Assembly: GCA_037379345.1 (NCBI GenBank)
Contig: CM074517.1
Span: 13,702,001-13,766,000 of the forward strand
Direction: 5' to 3'
DNA from: Perna viridis
Taxonomy: Eukaryota
Length of the DNA stretch: 64,000 nucleotides
Below, piece after piece: positions 62,672-64,000 of the stretch. Each line of letters begins with the position of its first letter. Positions within the stretch are counted from its first letter, which is position 1. A program made the translations under genes and the position numbers. The notes under the pieces are model-generated. The model was not told where the DNA came from, searched no databases, and was given only the letters and a program-made list of their open reading frames with translations.

Positions 62672-64000
62672 GGTTCATACAGTAATCAAAGCTATTCACC
62701 CTACGTGAAAGGGTTGGGAGCTTTATCATCTGAAAGCTTTTGAATTCCTGATAAAAACAGTCGCTTATGACACCAATCAATTGCTTAAAGGCTTAAAAAT
62801 TCCACTCTGGCATAAATCATTTGCTTTCCCAGCAATTGACTGATAAACTGTCACAAGCTACTGCTTGAGGCTGTTTAAAGCCTGAAATGTTTTTTTTTTT
62901 TTTGGTAACAGTCAGAGAAGCCAAGTTTCAAGGAACCAGTCTGATGGAGAATATTCCAAGAAACATACTGTGATATAACATACATACTGATTATTGAATC
63001 ATTTCTCTTTTTGAGATTGACTTTTTTTTCGTTTTCGAGAAACTTTATACAAATTTAGCATATTATTTTTCAATTTTAATGCAGATTTGTACATTGAATT
63101 CCAACACTTGTGTGACATATTCAACTTATTTTTGGTACCATTTTTATAATGCATGTATAGCCTTATTTATTGAGATTGTAGCATGCTCAGTCTGTTTGCA
63201 TTTGTCATTTTCAGTTATATTCATCCAAAATGTATTAATGGTAGATATTGACCAATTACCATTGTTTTACAGGAATATTTTACTGTGCAATCTTATTTAC
63301 CTCTGAGTTTAAATCATTTACGTGTATATTTATCTTGGAGATCTTGAAAATTATCTAGTTTATTGTATGATTCATTAGCACATTTCTACATACACACATA
63401 AAAGATTTACCTGTTACTAAAGATTCAGGATACTAAACAAACATACGATTATAATAATCTGAGGATATAATTTGTTTTAGAAAATATATGAATTAACTTA
63501 ATAAGAAAATACTATGAAATATTTATATTAGTTTTTATACACAACATCGGTATTTATGAACCACATAAATGTAACAATGTATCTTATTGTGTACAAATAT
63601 TATGCATATGTGCTTTCTGATTTATGTGTATTGAAAGGATTTAATTTATTGAATGAAAGAATTTATTGATTCATAGTATATTTCATCCTGTTTAAATGGA
63701 ACTTATGTAAAATTAAACATACAAATGTAAATAAAGCTAGAAGAAGAAAAAATGTCATAAAGAAAAATGGAAAAAAAGTTAAATATAGCAGTAAATTAGA
63801 AGAAAAAGATTTTGTCAACTTAATCTTGTAATCTTCTCTCAATTTGAGCATGCTTTATCATTTTATCATCCTTTACATTCATATTTTGTCTAATTTGTAT
63901 TTTGTCATCATCTGCAATATCTTAAATATTCATTTATTTAATTTGTAATTATTGGGTTGTCATATGTCAGGTAAGCTATTATTCATTCATTTTAATATTC

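Noticed and set aside
465-63851. Most short ORFs in the supplied track
   Set aside because: Low-complexity, AT-rich intronic, antisense or TE-derived frames without recognisable domains; the real exons mostly do not coincide with them.

Overview
AT-rich, intron-rich animal genomic DNA. The repeat families suggest a bivalve mollusc, probably an oyster (inference). Three spliced genes can be assembled by hand. (1) A classical dynamin on the minus strand, ATG at 36650, running off the left edge after the first GED exon. (2) V-ATPase V1 subunit G on the minus strand, 3 exons, 118 aa. (3) A divergent Ro60/TROVE2-like gene on the plus strand, 7 coding exons, 535 aa. Most ORF-track entries are spurious. 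The main discovery is a combinatorial splicing architecture in dynamin: three tandem homologous, apparently mutually exclusive PH-domain exons; a duplicated stalk exon 9 only 46 nt from its twin; and two in-frame microexon candidates (27 nt and 9 nt). Together these allow up to 24 isoforms within the window. The Ro60-like protein has an intact frame but has lost its vWA MIDAS motif and several central-cavity basic residues. Introns and intergenic DNA contain a decayed Penelope-like retroelement, Sola3-like transposase remnants, satellite-carrying HINE-like elements, a SINE with a target-site duplication, many fold-back MITEs and minisatellites.
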